NCBI GenBank assembly: GCA_964057225.1
Contig: OZ059894.1
Span: forward strand, 10,354,001 to 10,418,000
DNA from: Auanema rhodensis
Lineage: Eukaryota; Animalia; Nematoda
Direction: 5' to 3'
Length of the DNA stretch: 64,000 bases
Shown: positions 1 through 17,742 of the stretch, in pieces
Layout of the letters: each line of letters starts with the position of its first letter
Numbering within the stretch: position 1 is the stretch's first letter
Made by a program: the position numbers and the translations under genes
The notes under the pieces: generated by a model
Told to the model about the DNA's origin: nothing
The model's input: only the letters and a program-made list of their open reading frames with translations
The model's database searches: none

Positions 1-25
1 ATTTTTGATCATTTACTTGTAAAGA

Positions 26-634
26 ATGGCTGCACGTCATTTATCATATTATAATGGTAAACGTAAATCAACTAGTGTGTTTTTGATTTTTACAATTATT
101 TCGAACTTTGTTCTTTCTGTCCGTTGAGTCCAACGCTTCCGTTAGATTCATACCGCATCAGAATTTATTTGTTTTACTCTCTTTTCCAAGTGTTCTCACG
201 GAAGATCTGGTTTGAATTTGGTTTACAAAATGGTGTCTAAACAGAACTTTATCAAAAATATTAGCAGCATTTTAAAAAAATTGTCAAAAATTACGAAATA
301 TTCTAGAGTGTCATAATGTATATGAGACGATTGTTTTCTTATTGCAGACACTGCTCTTCCCATCACACCTGACATTTCAAAAGACGATGATGCTGAATCT
401 GTGACATCATATGCTCCATCTACTCATTCAATTATCGATGATGTACCAAGGACACCTAAAAGACCAACAAGCCTCCTTGACTCTAAGAGGTACACAATTC
501 ATGTTATTGATCACAATTCTATCTTGTTTTCCAGTGTCAATGTTTTGACGGAGGTCCTATATGTATCCATTGGTCTTGGTGTTATTGCTGTCGGAGCTGC
601 TGTTGTCTATAAGTTTCTTCGTGGGAAACGATAA
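26..634 (+). CDS. Small (~90 aa) tail-anchored membrane protein, function unknown
   Basis: Exons 26-56 (MAARHLSYYN, donor G|gtaaac), 349-489 and 535-634 join in frame. The protein ends in a hydrophobic helix VLYVSIGLGVIAVGAAVVY plus basic tail KFLRGKR*. AATAAA at ~833. The first exon is the least certain part. Confidence 0.6.
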
Positions 635-1010
635 AGTTCGGACATATATAGCTGTTACATCACGCTTATTTCCTAGCAAATTTAGTGTGTCATAGGCGTT
701 AGGTGCATGATATCAGCTAATCCTCAATATTTTTAATTTTTATTTCTTCGTATTCGTTCACCACTACCATATACTCACGGGTAATTTTTCGATATAGCAT
801 GTGTTTGTTATATGAAATTTAGTTTGTACGATAATAAATATTCTACCATTTCACAATTGTTTATCATATTATGGGGCTTTTTCGACATTTATATTCATCA
901 TTATAGATAATCTGATATTTGAATACAGCCAGCTTAATAAAAATCAAGTGGAAAATGAAGCTTATCAGTACGTCATTATATTTATTCATTAATTTTACTG
1001 AACCGGTCGA

Positions 1011-2299
1011 ATGGCTGCAACTGATTTTTTTTCCAAAGATGCTGTGGTGAATCATAAATGATATTTGCTATTTATCAAATATATATTTTTATTTTGTTAA
1101 GCCGGGCAAAAACCTTCAATTGGGAGATTTTCAATTCAAAATTGAAAATGAAATCTACTCTGGACCCTTCTCTCAAGTTTATATGGTGTGTTTCAACCAC
1201 TATTGTTCATCTGTGATTCATATTTTGAAGATTTCTATTCCGAAGTCGAAAACTCCATTGGTTCTCAAAATATCAAAGGAAGAGAAGTAATCGCACTTAT
1301 CTAAGGATTACAGATATAATTCTGTTTTTTCCCCAGATTTATGAAAAGAGAAATATTTGTTTTGAAAAGCTTAAAACAAGTTCATGGATTTCCAAAACTT
1401 TATTTTGCGGGACAATTCGATGAATACTCTTTTTCTGTAATGAATTTATTTGGAAAATCATTACAACATTATCTCGATATGTCACCGAAACGAAGGTACA
1501 TATGCTTCCAGTATTAGACGAGCACGTAACATAAGTTGGTTCAAAGGTTTACCATCGGTACAAGCTTACGTATTGCTGTTCAAACTTTGGAGAGATTAAA
1601 GAAGCTTCACGAGTTCGGGGTATTACATAGGTTAGTAAAACAAAAATTCAACTATTGTTCAAGTGTTTCAGAGACATTAAGCCTGATAATTTTGTAGTTG
1701 GATTAACAAAATCCCATATAGTGTATGCTATTGATTTAGGATTTTGCAGACCATTTCGGTATTTTTTCATGCTAAACTTTGAAAAGTTCACTGACAGTTT
1801 CAATTCAGGAACAAAGATAATACCATAAAAGCCCCTAGAAAACGAGGACCTCTCGTTGGAACAGATTTCTATGGCTCACTAGCTGCCAACTTGGCAGATG
1901 ATCAGGCGCCTAAGGATGATTTAGAAAGCTGGTTCTACATGGTGTTGTACATTGCTTCCAGTTCGTAGAAACAATATTAATACCAGGAGTTTAACAACTT
2001 CAGGTTTTCTTCCTTGGAAAGGTTTAAATAGAAGACAAGTGATTGACTATAAAATTGCTGTGCGAAAGAGACCGGAGTTATTGGTTAACGGTTCGACCGC
2101 ATTTTTGGAAATATTCCACATCTTGATTAATACCAGGTTTGTTTGTTTCTAGAATATACACACAGATGTTTGTTGAAGATTCCAAGACGAGCCTAACTAT
2201 GCCAGGATACAGCATATATTATTTGAATTGATGGAAGAAAATAATATAAAGCCTACCAGCAAATTAGACTGGAAGATGGAGTTAAATCAACTAATATAA
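1011..2299 (+). CDS. Casein kinase 1 / tau-tubulin-kinase-like Ser/Thr kinase (nematode-expanded CK1 group)
   Basis: Spliced translation: MAATDFFSKDAV|PGKN...EIYSGPFSQVYM, LVLKISK, REIFVLKSL, GVLHR|DIKPDNFVVG, IDLGFCR, GTDFYGSLAA, QAPKDDLESWFYM, LPWK, ...DWKMELNQLI*. These are CK1-family signature motifs, separated by short introns. Confidence 0.9.
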
Positions 2300-2572
2300 A
2301 TCTAAATGATGATAATAAATACATTCAAAGATATTTATTAATAAATTAACATTCAGATATTTAACAATAAATTAGTAAAATCAATGATCATGACATATGC
2401 AAAATGAATAGCTGGAAAAAAGCTTCTTTTGAAAAAATATTAACAGAGAATGATACAGATGAGTGATGAGCACAAGCAAATTGAAAAAGAAAAACAGTTT
2501 GAAGTATTCTTAGACTAGAGGCAAGGCACTAAGAAGCCGAAAGTATATGTTCAATTCCTTGACGGTTTGGTA

Positions 2573-6366
<3,794 letters not shown>

Positions 6367-6689
6367 TTTTGCCAATGTCTCTATCTTCCTCCTGAAAATG
6401 ATTATAAATTATCAAAATTAATTACTAATAGTGCTAATCATAATGATAATATTACAACATTAACGAATTAATAAAAAATTAAAACAAAAAGATTAACAAA
6501 ATACAAAGCATGATGAAGAATTGTATTGATGCATGCGTTAAGCATGACCAACAAAACACTAAATAAATAATAAATAAAAATAACTTGCTATGATTACACG
6601 TAAATATGGATAACTATCTACTTTAAAAATACAAAAATTGCATTTTTGGAGAGAAATTCAGTTAATATTTGTATATAAAACGTGTATTA

Positions 6690-6810
6690 TGACAAGCGCT
6701 TTGAGAGGAACAGAGTGCAGCCAGCAGACAACTAGGGCGGCCGATCGATAAATCGGTATAGTGAATGCGATACACACAATGAGGCGGCTGCGCAAAGAGG
6801 AGTTTGGTAT
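6690..6810 (-). promoter_or_regulatory. GC-rich island ~300-400 bp upstream of the klc-2 acceptor; likely promoter
   Basis: Locally GC/CpG-rich patch in AT-rich DNA, upstream of the TTTTCAG acceptor at ~6392 that precedes the klc-2 ATG. Confidence 0.35.
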
Positions 6811-8144
6811 TATTTATATTCTATATAGAATATCTCTATGTATATGAGGTGTATACGTTTATTCAACTATACAATTAATTATTTTAATGTATCGATTGAA
6901 CAAGTAACTCGAAATATTTAGGATAAACGAACATTTAAGACGCATGACTCATCAAAATTAGAAAAAAGGACTTTGAATAGAACGTTAACATTCTTAAATT
7001 AATGTATCGCTAGTCGTTCATAAAAATTAAAAGCAAAGTTTCAATATTGATTACAAGTAAATGAAGCGAAATGCTTAGACAAGCTCCATTACTAAGCAGT
7101 TAAGCTCTATGTGCTATAGCATTGGTGATCTTGATGGATAACCGATGAGATATTTCACAATTTTATTGGATTTTCCATGCATTTCACGAGATTTTGCTTC
7201 ACATAAATATGAAATAAAAGTAGATTTTTTCTTAAAAAAAAAAAAGATTTTAATAGGAAAAGAAAAGATATATGAAAGATATATAGAATGTTTTAAGTTT
7301 AATAAAGGTATTGTTCTAAAGTGTAATTATAACCATAAAAGGACTTACAATCGATATGCCTGCATCGTTGAGCCCATTAAATTCATGGTTAAAGAGGTTC
7401 TGACCCGTTATACAATTCCTAAAATTACAATTAAAATAATATGTTTTAATATAAAATTAATAAAATAATAGAAATATATTTAAAAACATATTTATGTAAA
7501 ATGTAAATGTAAAAATATATGTAAAAATATAAAAATAAAATAAAGATAATTGTGTAATTGAGAAAAATATAAAGATTAAGAATTAAATAAATCATTCAAA
7601 GTAAGAGATCATAAATTAAAAAAAAAATTCTATAAATCAAAGGAAAAGCTGAAAAAAGGTTAGGATTTACTAGAAAAAACACATACTAATGGAGATGCAA
7701 TCCGAAATATAGAAGAAAGAAACAGAAGAACTGAATAATGGCTCTTTAAAGCTTTTCAATTTGAAGAAGGGAATAAATCAATGTGAAAAGATAGAAAGAG
7801 AGTTAAATTACTTCTAAAAGAGGAAAAATGACATGATACTGACGAAACAATGACGACGATGTCCAACTAGACAGAAAGCTTTGAAAAATGAGAAACTGAA
7901 AGATTTTTTTGGATAATTTATCATTCGATTCAAGGAAATGAAGTGAGAAGTTCAACTTACTTCCAGAAAAAAAAACCGAAAATGCTGTTATTTCGGTATA
8001 AAATTGAAAATAAATAAATTTGGATAGTGATGGTAAGAGAGAAACATCGATAACTTAACATGCGAACTTGTCATGTATGTCCAAATGTTTGAGAACAACA
8101 TAAGGAATTGAATAGAAATTGTTAAGATAAAACGGAAAAAGCAT

Positions 8145-8198
<54 letters not shown>

Positions 8199-8608
8199 AG
8201 AGAGAATTCCAGAAGATAATGAGAATCTTGAATTTAAACTGATGACAAACGAACGGAATCGTACAATTCTAATTTAACGTGAAAAACGTGAAGTTCATTT
8301 CAAATAGTTGACATTAATAAACTGGTTGTATACATAAATATGTAATTTTCTATAGTTTATTGAGGGAAAAAAAGAAAATAACGAAAAAAAAATGAAGAAA
8401 TGCTTTACTTTGCATCAAAATGTTAAAGATGAAAGTTTGATAGAATTGAGAATTAGATGGACAGCTGGAATATGATGGGAAAAGCTTGAAATGAATGACA
8501 AAAGAAGTAAAATAGATATCAGAAAAGCAAGAATGTTTAAAAATAAATATTACTGTAGAAAACTTAATGATTATTCAAAGAAAATAGTTCGAAAACTGAA
8601 TTTTGTAG

Positions 8609-9612
8609 ATTTTGCAACAGAAAATTTAATTCAGAAGGTTTAACATATGTTGTTGGTTTAACCGATTTGCCGCAAGAAGCCATGCTCCATCTCCCCCCTG
8701 GGTACTATTAAAACCTTTTTCTCAATGATGGAGAAAAATATGAAGAAGTATTTAAAAATTTGTATTTAAAATTAGTTTACAACTTTAATGAAATAGTTAA
8801 TATATTATAAAATATGTGAATTAATTATCTATTTTGTGGAAAACGTTTAATAGGTTTTTATAGATGTTCTAACATGATTCTTCTAATATTCCCTCATAAT
8901 TGAAATAGGAATTATTATAATTTTCTTTTTGTTTCTAATTTTTCCAATTATTTTTTTTTATAAAATATATATTTTTTCAGAATAATGAGAACAAATGTAT
9001 TCAGAAAATGTGCAAAATGATTGTATTGAAGTATAACGTAAGAGATTTTGAAGCAGGAATATAGTTTCGAAGCATGAAACAAATTTTTTTATTAAGTTAT
9101 ATCTAAGAAAATATATAAATTTGAATGAAAAATACGTAATTTTGATTGCAAATCTGTAAAATCTATGCAAATGAAGAAGATCTTAATGGATGCACAAGTG
9201 AAGTCTGTTGTCAGATGGCAGATGATGGAAGGATGATTCATGAAGGCTTTATTGAAACGAAAAGACAATTCGTGTCTATTTACGAACATGTTCATATAAA
9301 ATTTGTGTTTTCTTTCAAAACTAATTGACGTTTTATGTTGGAAAATAGCCAAAAATAGCCTTGTTTGAATATGCTTATGAGTATTACATGGTGATAAAAT
9401 GACTGACAAAGTACAGCTAATCTGATGGATGGATAGACGAATAGCAAACGTTCAGTTGGAACCATTGTGAAAATTTGGAAATAAAATTCAATAGAATGGC
9501 TCAAAGAAGATGAGTTTATCGGAAAGGCTAAACATGTTTCAGCTCCGAATTTCTATTTAGCTTCCGAGGACATGCTTTTCAGTACGACGTCGGCGTAGGC
9601 AGTAATTGGTAA
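8609..9612 (+). CDS. Possible multi-exon orphan gene or decayed pseudogene
   Basis: The 3' part joins in frame across 45-60 nt GT-AG introns (...RQFVSIYEH|PKIALFEYAYEYYM|TNSKQ|WLKEDEFIGKAKH|YDVGVGSNW*). The 5' exons could not be phased consistently. No recognised domain. Confidence 0.3.
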
Positions 9613-11344
9613 TGCATCTGTTTCTCTTCTTCTCCCTCTCCTTGGCTCTCTCTCTATTTCACTTTCTATTTCTCTCTCTCTATGTTTCATGATCAACGGC
9701 CTTCTTCCTTTTATGATTCATCGTAAAGATGGATAAATATGGATTGTCTTCAATCGAAATGGAAAGTTATAAATGAGCATTGAAATGAGCTTATTGAAAG
9801 AAAAATTAAAAAATTCTTATAAAACATTATAATAATATATGAAAGAAGCATCAAAGTTTCCAATGATTATACTAATGAAAAGGATATTTGATGTGTGGTA
9901 AGGTAGAGATAGTTTGAAGTGAAATACGATATGTAACTCAACTCAAAGCCAAAAAGATTACACTGCCTCAGTTAAGAAAAGGATTCTTCTTCTGCTGACT
10001 CAGTTTAATTGAATTTTAAACTAAAAAAAATTCTTTTTTCTTTTTGTTCTTTTCTATAGATGAATGAGCAGTGAATATGGGTCATGCACTATGCTTGTAA
10101 CATGTTTGAAACAAGGTTCAAAACTTAAAGCTTCACGTGTAAACTTTATGAAAATGCGAAGACATATGAAAGAAGAAGTAATTCATGAAGAGAAGCAGAT
10201 AAATCGATGGCAAATGAGGCCAAGCTTGAATCTTAGCGACGTTAATGAGATACTATCTGTTTCGTTCCCATCGTTGTGTCCTCCTCTCTTTCTCATCAGC
10301 AGCTTTAGCCTCATCCTTCCCGTCCTCATCATCATTATCGTTTCCATTCTCGTCTTCTCCATGTTCATTGTGCTCGTAATCATCATGTAGTGGATTGACA
10401 CTTCGTCAGGGTCATCGAAAGAATCAGATGCTACACATCATGCTCATCTGCTCTTCATCCAAATTATGTTTCACCTGTCCATAACTCTGACTTAAGAGCC
10501 TTAACTATGAAGATCTCCTTCCTTCTTCTTGTTATTCTTCGTTTAACCCTAAATTTCTGTTAGTAGTCGTCCCTTCGTTTCAATTTTTCAAGTTGGAACT
10601 ATATAACCAACCTTTCCCTCCCAAATCTATCAACATATTATTGCCCCTCGCAATACTTTTATTTTCTAATTAAAGACAAAAGGTTGAAAATTTCCTGTTA
10701 AGCTTTTATATGTATATGTACATGTATATGTCCCTTTCTTCTTCTATTTTCAGTTCATTTTCCCATTTTTAACCTAAAAATGGGGGCTGATCTGTATGTA
10801 TTGCTGTGGTAAATATAAACATAAAAAATTAAAATATATAGTTTTAATTTTCAAACAATAAATAAATAAATAAATATTAAAAAGCATATATAATCTATAT
10901 TTTCATATAATTTATTCAATTTTAAACGTAATTTAAATATAAAATATGAATTTATTGGTGATTCTTGTAACTTTAATGATAGATTAGAGCTCATTTGATC
11001 ATCTATTTCCACCTGTGATTTCTAATTCTTAGATCTTTATTGACTTTAAAATGTTTTTCATATAATACTATATACATATATAGTTAGTATATTTCATATA
11101 TCTGTAGGTATAGTTAGTTCGATAGATACCTATATCTCATCTCCTCCCTCTCCCTCCCCCTTCACATCATCCTATTCCACAGATTATCAAAGATTCCTTG
11201 TATCTTTTGATTGAAATAATATTTTCATAGAAATTATATTATTTTTAAAAAGAAAATTGCAATTTGAACATAATTATGTTTTCTGATCATATCATATAGT
11301 TAAAGGTGATTTTCTACACTATTCAAGGATTAATATATCTCTCT

Positions 11345-11399
<55 letters not shown>

Positions 11400-13100
11400 T
11401 GTCTCTCCCTGTATCCCATTTTCATCCTTCACTATCAAAACTCTTATCTGTTTCTCAAATGCTATAGTTTGTTTTTAAAAAGTAAGTTCTGATGCCATTT
11501 TCCTGGTCCCGTTCAGCAATTTCCCGACGTTTCCTTCAGAAGGTTTGCCATAATCTGCCTCCTCCTACCCAGTTTCTTTGTTTATTTATCGCTTTTTTCG
11601 ATAAAAAAAAAAAGAAATTTTTCATACACGAAACTCTGTTGTTATGGTATAAATTTGTTTTCTTTTCTTTAAAAAAAAAGAAAAAATGATGAGATAAAGT
11701 TTTTAAAATGGAAAAAAAAATATAAAAGATGAGCAGCAAATGAAAAATGAATCCAAAGCATGTGTATCCATCCATTAATAGGCTTTTGACAATTTGATCT
11801 TACTATATGTATGTATATGAAGTAAAAGTACAAAATATTTAAAAATTTAAAGAAAAATCCACACAAGTGGGTATTAAAGATACGAAGTTATGGTATTGTT
11901 TTGAAACAATCCATTAACATTTGAACATAAAAAAGAAGAAAAAGGAAGAAATTTTATAATAAAAATAAAATAAAAATATATATTTACTTATAAATTTATA
12001 ATTATAAATATATAAATAATAATATTATAATTAATATTTATTATAATCTAAAGTATATAAGATTAATAGTTTAATCAAATTAATATTTATCAAAAATCCT
12101 TCAAAAAAAAACGAACGAAAGCATAATGTTGTGACTTTTCCATATTATAAGAGTTCTTTCATTTTTTTTTGACAAAAAAAAAAGAAAAAAAAAAGGAATC
12201 GTCGACCAAAATATCAAAATAAAATAAAAATTTTCTTATAATATGAGAATGACGTCAAATTTGATGTCAAAAAGATTATATGTTGTTCTAACAATCTTAC
12301 TACTCTGGAAATTTAATTTTTTAAAGTTCATACGGGCAAATTGCCAGAAAAATTGTAAAAACTATTTAAATAATTTAAAAAATATGAATATGATGTCATG
12401 AGTAAAATATGCTATTCGATTGTCTGAATTGAGTTTTAATCTCCAACTTAAGTTGAAGCATATGAGCATATATAGGTATTATGAATTATATATATTATAT
12501 ATTATATGTATAGTATATATTAAGAGGTTTTCTCTCTCTCTCTCTCTCACTCATGTATCAGTATATGATTAAAACTGTTCATAATTCATCAAAGTAAAGG
12601 TTTATTTGGAATCAAGTTGAAGTTTATGTTATAATTAAGTTTTAATTAATATAATTTCTTATATATAATTGTATATTATCATTATTATCATCATTATCAA
12701 TAGCTTTCTACTTTTTATGTTTTTTTTTTGGATCATAAATAGAAATTAAAATAACAAACAAAAAGCTTCTAACTATCAGCACTTTATGAACAGACACACA
12801 TCTTGACAGGTAAATAAACTGAAAAATAAAATAAAATATATAGAATATCTACTTAATTTATGTAAAAATCAAAATAATAATAATATTAATAATAATAATA
12901 ATAATAATAAAAATACAGAAAGTAAGTACAAAATAAAAAGAAAAATAAAAGACTGTGATTAGAAATTCTTTTCAAAATTCAAAATTTTGGTGACTTTTGG
13001 ATGGTATTGTGCTGTATATAATAGAATTCCATTCAGTTGATCTTATTGTTAAATGGAAGTTATAACATTGAAAAGTGAATCGATTACCAAAGTTTCGGAT

Positions 13101-14496
13101 TTATCCAAATCGAAGAGGTCTTGGACCAAGTCCACGCTTCATAGAACTTAAAGCATAAAGTTTATTTATAAATTTTTATGATAAATGCTTACCCATGTAC
13201 AGGAACCAAAATCATTCCCTGTCCTTCATCCTCATAAAGTCGTTGCAGATAGCTATCCACTAAAAATAAATAAATTGGTTGTTTTTCCGTTTTTAAAATT
13301 TAAAAGTTCAAAAAGGTTGTTGGAAGAGAAGATAAAGAGGGAGAGGGAGTTAAAGAGGGAGAGAGAGGGAGCTAAAGAGGGAGAGAGAGGGAGCTAAAGA
13401 GGGAGAGAGAGAGAGATGGAAGAAACAATTTTAAACATAAAATCAATTAAATTTCCTTTAAGAATTATCATGAAAAGAGAGAATATGATGAAGATTCCAC
13501 CTACATAAAAGGAATATATTTGCAAAAACGATGTTCCATAACCATTTTTCTTAGAAAAAAGAATTTCTTTATATTCAAATCATATTCATTCTCTTTCTAT
13601 CTCTTTTTCTTCCCTTGTATTTTATAATATTATATGTAAATTGTAATCTTTTTTTTTTCTTTTTTTCATTATATATACATAGTTTTAGAAATTAATTATA
13701 TTATACATATTTAATTGAAAATCAGCTGTATATTAAAGATTTAAAACTAAAAAGAACAAAAATCGTTAAACCCATTATAAGAAATTTTTTTTTTGTTGGA
13801 AGAACAAATATTTAAAACAAATGAATTTGATAATTTGATAAGATGAGGTGATTAGAAGAGAGAGAGGGTGAAGGGATGAGAGAGAGAAAGAGAGAGATAC
13901 ATCAAAGGAAAATCCAAATATTGAAGGAGACAAAAGATATTTTGATGTTTCCCATGTAAGCTCTTTGATTCTCTTTCATGTTCGACTTTTCATTGGATTT
14001 TTGAAGTTTAGAAGCACCTTTTGGGAGATTCGTGAGAAGTTGAAATGCTGTGTCCGAAAAACAAGAAAATTGAATTTTGAACAAATAGCCAAAAAACTTG
14101 AGAGGACAATTTGAGGGAAATTAAATATCAGAGATTTATCATGAAAATTCTTTGATAAAGTGTATTCGTAGGTTAAAGGAAGTAGTTAATGATTTCACAA
14201 AAACTTATTTAAAAGTTTGCAAAATGAGTTTATTTATAAAAAATGTGGAAAAACATTGTAAAACTTAACTCTTTATAGTATAATTAGGTTTATGGATCAA
14301 TTACTTATAAAAAGGAAAAGAGAGAGAGAGAATGAAATGAAAAAGAGAAAATGACGAGATAATGTTTTTGAAACAAACAGAGAACAAACTCACATAGTCG
14401 ATAGGCTTCGGTATCAGAGACTGGAGCACTAGATACATGGAGAACACAGGCAACAGAGATGACGGCAACGATGAGGATGAGTGTGGAGCTTCGCAT
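13101..14496 (-). CDS. flp-21: FMRFamide-like neuropeptide precursor FLP-21 (GLGPRPLRF-amide / AF9)
   Basis: Three exons: signal peptide MRSSTLILIVAVISVACVLHVSS-APVSDTEAYRL, then LDSYLQRLYEDEGQGMILVPVHG, then SMKR-GLGPRPLRFG*. Dibasic cleavage site, the exact FLP-21 peptide, and an amidation Gly. Confidence 0.97.
13334..13415. repeat. 22-bp purine-rich minisatellite (TAAAGAGGGAGAGAGAGGGAGC x~3.5) in flp-21 intron 1
   Basis: Tandem copies visible directly in the sequence. Confidence 0.85.
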
Positions 14497-17019
14497 TTTT
14501 CGAGTTATACCTAGAGAGGGAGAAGATAATAATAGAAATTTCTATGAGTCTTCTAGCAAAGATTAAGCGAGTATATACTGATTCAAGAAGAAAGAAATTA
14601 CTGAATGTAGCCAACAAGCTTGACACACTCGTCGACTTGATAGGATGAACTCAGAAACGGAAGAGGCTGGCCTTGGCACAGGCAACAGCAGAAACTGGCT
14701 AGAAGAGGAGTAGGAGGAGGTGGAGATGGAAGAGGAGGAGGGTATAGCAGATTGAGCCCTGAAGGGACTTATGATACAAGCAAGAACAACAAGATCCCGC
14801 CCCAAAATGATGGTGGTGGTGCTGCTGCTACTGGTGGCGATGCTGGTGGTGATGCTGGACGACGACCAAAGCAAGAACGACAGAGTGGGGGAGGAGAAAG
14901 ACCACAACCACACTAACACCATCAACACAACCACCAGCAACACGACGACCAACCCAGCGTTGAAGAGGCTGAAGGGATGATGATGATGATGATGAGGCTG
15001 ATGATGATGATTGAAGTGAAAAAGCTTTATTACCAACTCTATTGAAAAGAGAAAAACTTTGAAAAAAAGTAAAAAAGTTGAAAAGAAAAATACAAAGTAA
15101 GTGAATATATTGATAGTTAGAAAGCGGATGTTTAAAGGTTTCCATGTCCTTCATCTATTCAATGTTTAAAACTGATAAATCATCATTCATCTTATTCTTT
15201 TCACTAAAATAAGTCATCCAAAACCTATTCTAACCTATTCAAATACGGTAATCATATTTTAAAACTTGAAAATGAACAGCTTAATCAACAAAAAAAAAGT
15301 TCAATAACATGTAATATGAGTAAGAGAAGAGATAAATAAAAAAAAAGCTGAAAAGTATATTTGGAGACAAAGTTTTAAACTGCATATGCTCTAAGTTGCT
15401 CAAGTTTTCAAGAGTTTATTATGTAATATTAGTTATGAATGTATATCTCAAAAAACTGACATCATCTGTTTGAGATCTTAAAGCATAAATCAATGAGAAC
15501 ATTGTTCTCATAAGTAACTATATGTATAAAATCATATATTAAGCTATATATAAGTATGAATTGGGGATGAAAAAAAGATAAAAAAATGTTCAAAAAGACC
15601 AATATTTTGAATAAAATATCATAATCTTAAGAAATCTTAGATAAACGTGATGATGTGAAGAAAAAATAGCAGAAAAATTGAAATGAAAACAGCGAACGTT
15701 CAATAGAAGTTGAAAAGAGAAGGAGAAAGAGAGAGATAGAAAGTGAGTGAGCTTTTCCTCAAAAAGCTATCTCCGCTTGTTCCTTTTTGTTCCTCTTTCT
15801 CTTTGTTTTTTTCGAGCAATACTAATTGGATAATACAATCCAATATTTGTATTTTGTCCACACATCAGACTATTTTATGTTTTTGACTTTGGTGATTTAT
15901 TCAAGTTCTTCTTCTTCTTCTTCTTCTTCTTCTTCGAACTGACTTCGTTAAATTGTTCATCTTCTGCTTATACTCATGTTTCTTTTCGTTTAAATTGAAG
16001 TTTGAATGAGTTTTTTTGTTTAATTTCTTAACCTATATGTATAGTATTAGATGTTAACTATACATTAATAATATTAATGAAGTAATTGAGGGAGGAGGTG
16101 GAGTGGGGATGGAGACATAACACTTGCTTAGTAGTACTAGAGTCATGAAAGCAACTTCGTTGTGTCATGACCTTCTGAAGCTCACAGCTGTACATAGCCA
16201 TGCATGACGTCAAGACGATTCTGGAAATTTAAAAGAACATAGTGTAGATGGATGGCGAAAATTTGAAATGATGATGATGGCTGTTACAAGATTCTTGTTT
16301 CAAAAAGCTCAGCTCTGTACTTGGATCGGAGGGATTTTATGTTGAAACATGTTTGATGTTGAGGATGAAATATCATATTTCTGGCTATAAATGTATGAAG
16401 GAAAAGAAGAAAAACGAAATATAGAAGAAAAAAAAAGGATATAAAGAGAGAATGAGAAAAGTTTTTATCGTTGAGAGGGAAAAGTAAGAAAGATTTATTG
16501 GGATGGGGTGCATGTCATCATAACTCCTCATAAATGCTTCTGGAATGTGACTAATGCCCACGTGAATGACCATAAAGAGGAAGGAAAAAAGTTAAAAAAA
16601 GAAATATTTATACAAAGTGAGTTTCTTTAAGAGAAAGATAGAGAGAGAAAGAGAGAGAGAGACATTTAAACGATTCTTGCATTCTGATATGAGAACTACT
16701 TCTCTACTTTTGAAATGAGATAGATAGTTGGATAGATAGATGATGATGATGAAGATGAAGCATTTTGAAGTAATAAGCATATATATAGCTTTATTCCTAT
16801 TGCTATGCAAAAGTCATTAAAGAACTCAAAGTTTATTTTGTTTTTTGCTGACCAAAGTCTTAGGTGTTTCGCAAAAAACCATTGGAACCAGGGATTTTCT
16901 AAGAAAGATTCTTCTCTTATACTCTCTCAAGCCAACCAAAAAAAAATTTAAACGGAAAGTACTCCTGTTTTCAATAGTTTTGCTAACAAAGGAAAAGCTA
17001 AGACGTTTGAAGTAGATGA

Positions 17020-17051
<32 letters not shown>

Positions 17052-17616
17052 GCAGTGGCTATGTGACTGTGATGAGCAGATTTCACGTAATCTAAACCAA
17101 AGGCAAAAGGAAAATAACAGAGAAAATAGAGGGTTTCGGATATTTTGTTGAAGAGAAGAAACACCACATGTATTGCTGCAGATTGTACTGCACGGTCTTC
17201 ATCTAAGGAGATTATTTTGGAGTTAAATGCTCAAGCTTGTTGTAGGAATTCCGATATGCTAACACTGATTCATACATCTATTTAGATTCAGATGAATAAG
17301 AACAAGCACACAAAACATCATTTTGATATTCTGTGACATGAATATCCTATAACGGATGTCGTGCACTAAATTTCTCGTAGTCATCATCTTATTGCACGAC
17401 GGTCATCATCATCATCATCATCATCATCGTCGTCGTCGTCGCCGTCGTCGTTGTAGGCAGTGGTAGTCGTTGTCATCTCATGGTTGTTGTTGTCATAATC
17501 ATCGTTAAGGATAAGCATATTATTAAGAAATTAAAAAAGAATTCATATACATATTTGAAAATAAATAAAATATTTTTTTATATTTAATTAATTAAAAAAT
17601 CTCTTTTATAGCTTAT

Positions 17617-17742
<126 letters not shown>

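Noticed and set aside
634-1011. Operon linking the small TM gene and the kinase
   Set aside because: Close and co-oriented, but no convincing trans-splice acceptor before the kinase ATG.
10064-10401. 108-aa ORF with hydrophobic C-terminus and its antisense ORF
   Set aside because: The hydrophobicity comes from TCA/TCT-rich repeat-like sequence; no clear splice signals or homology recognised.
14563-15154. Three overlapping low-complexity ORFs upstream of flp-21
   Set aside because: Produced by trinucleotide repeats open in several frames and on both strands; no coherent gene structure.
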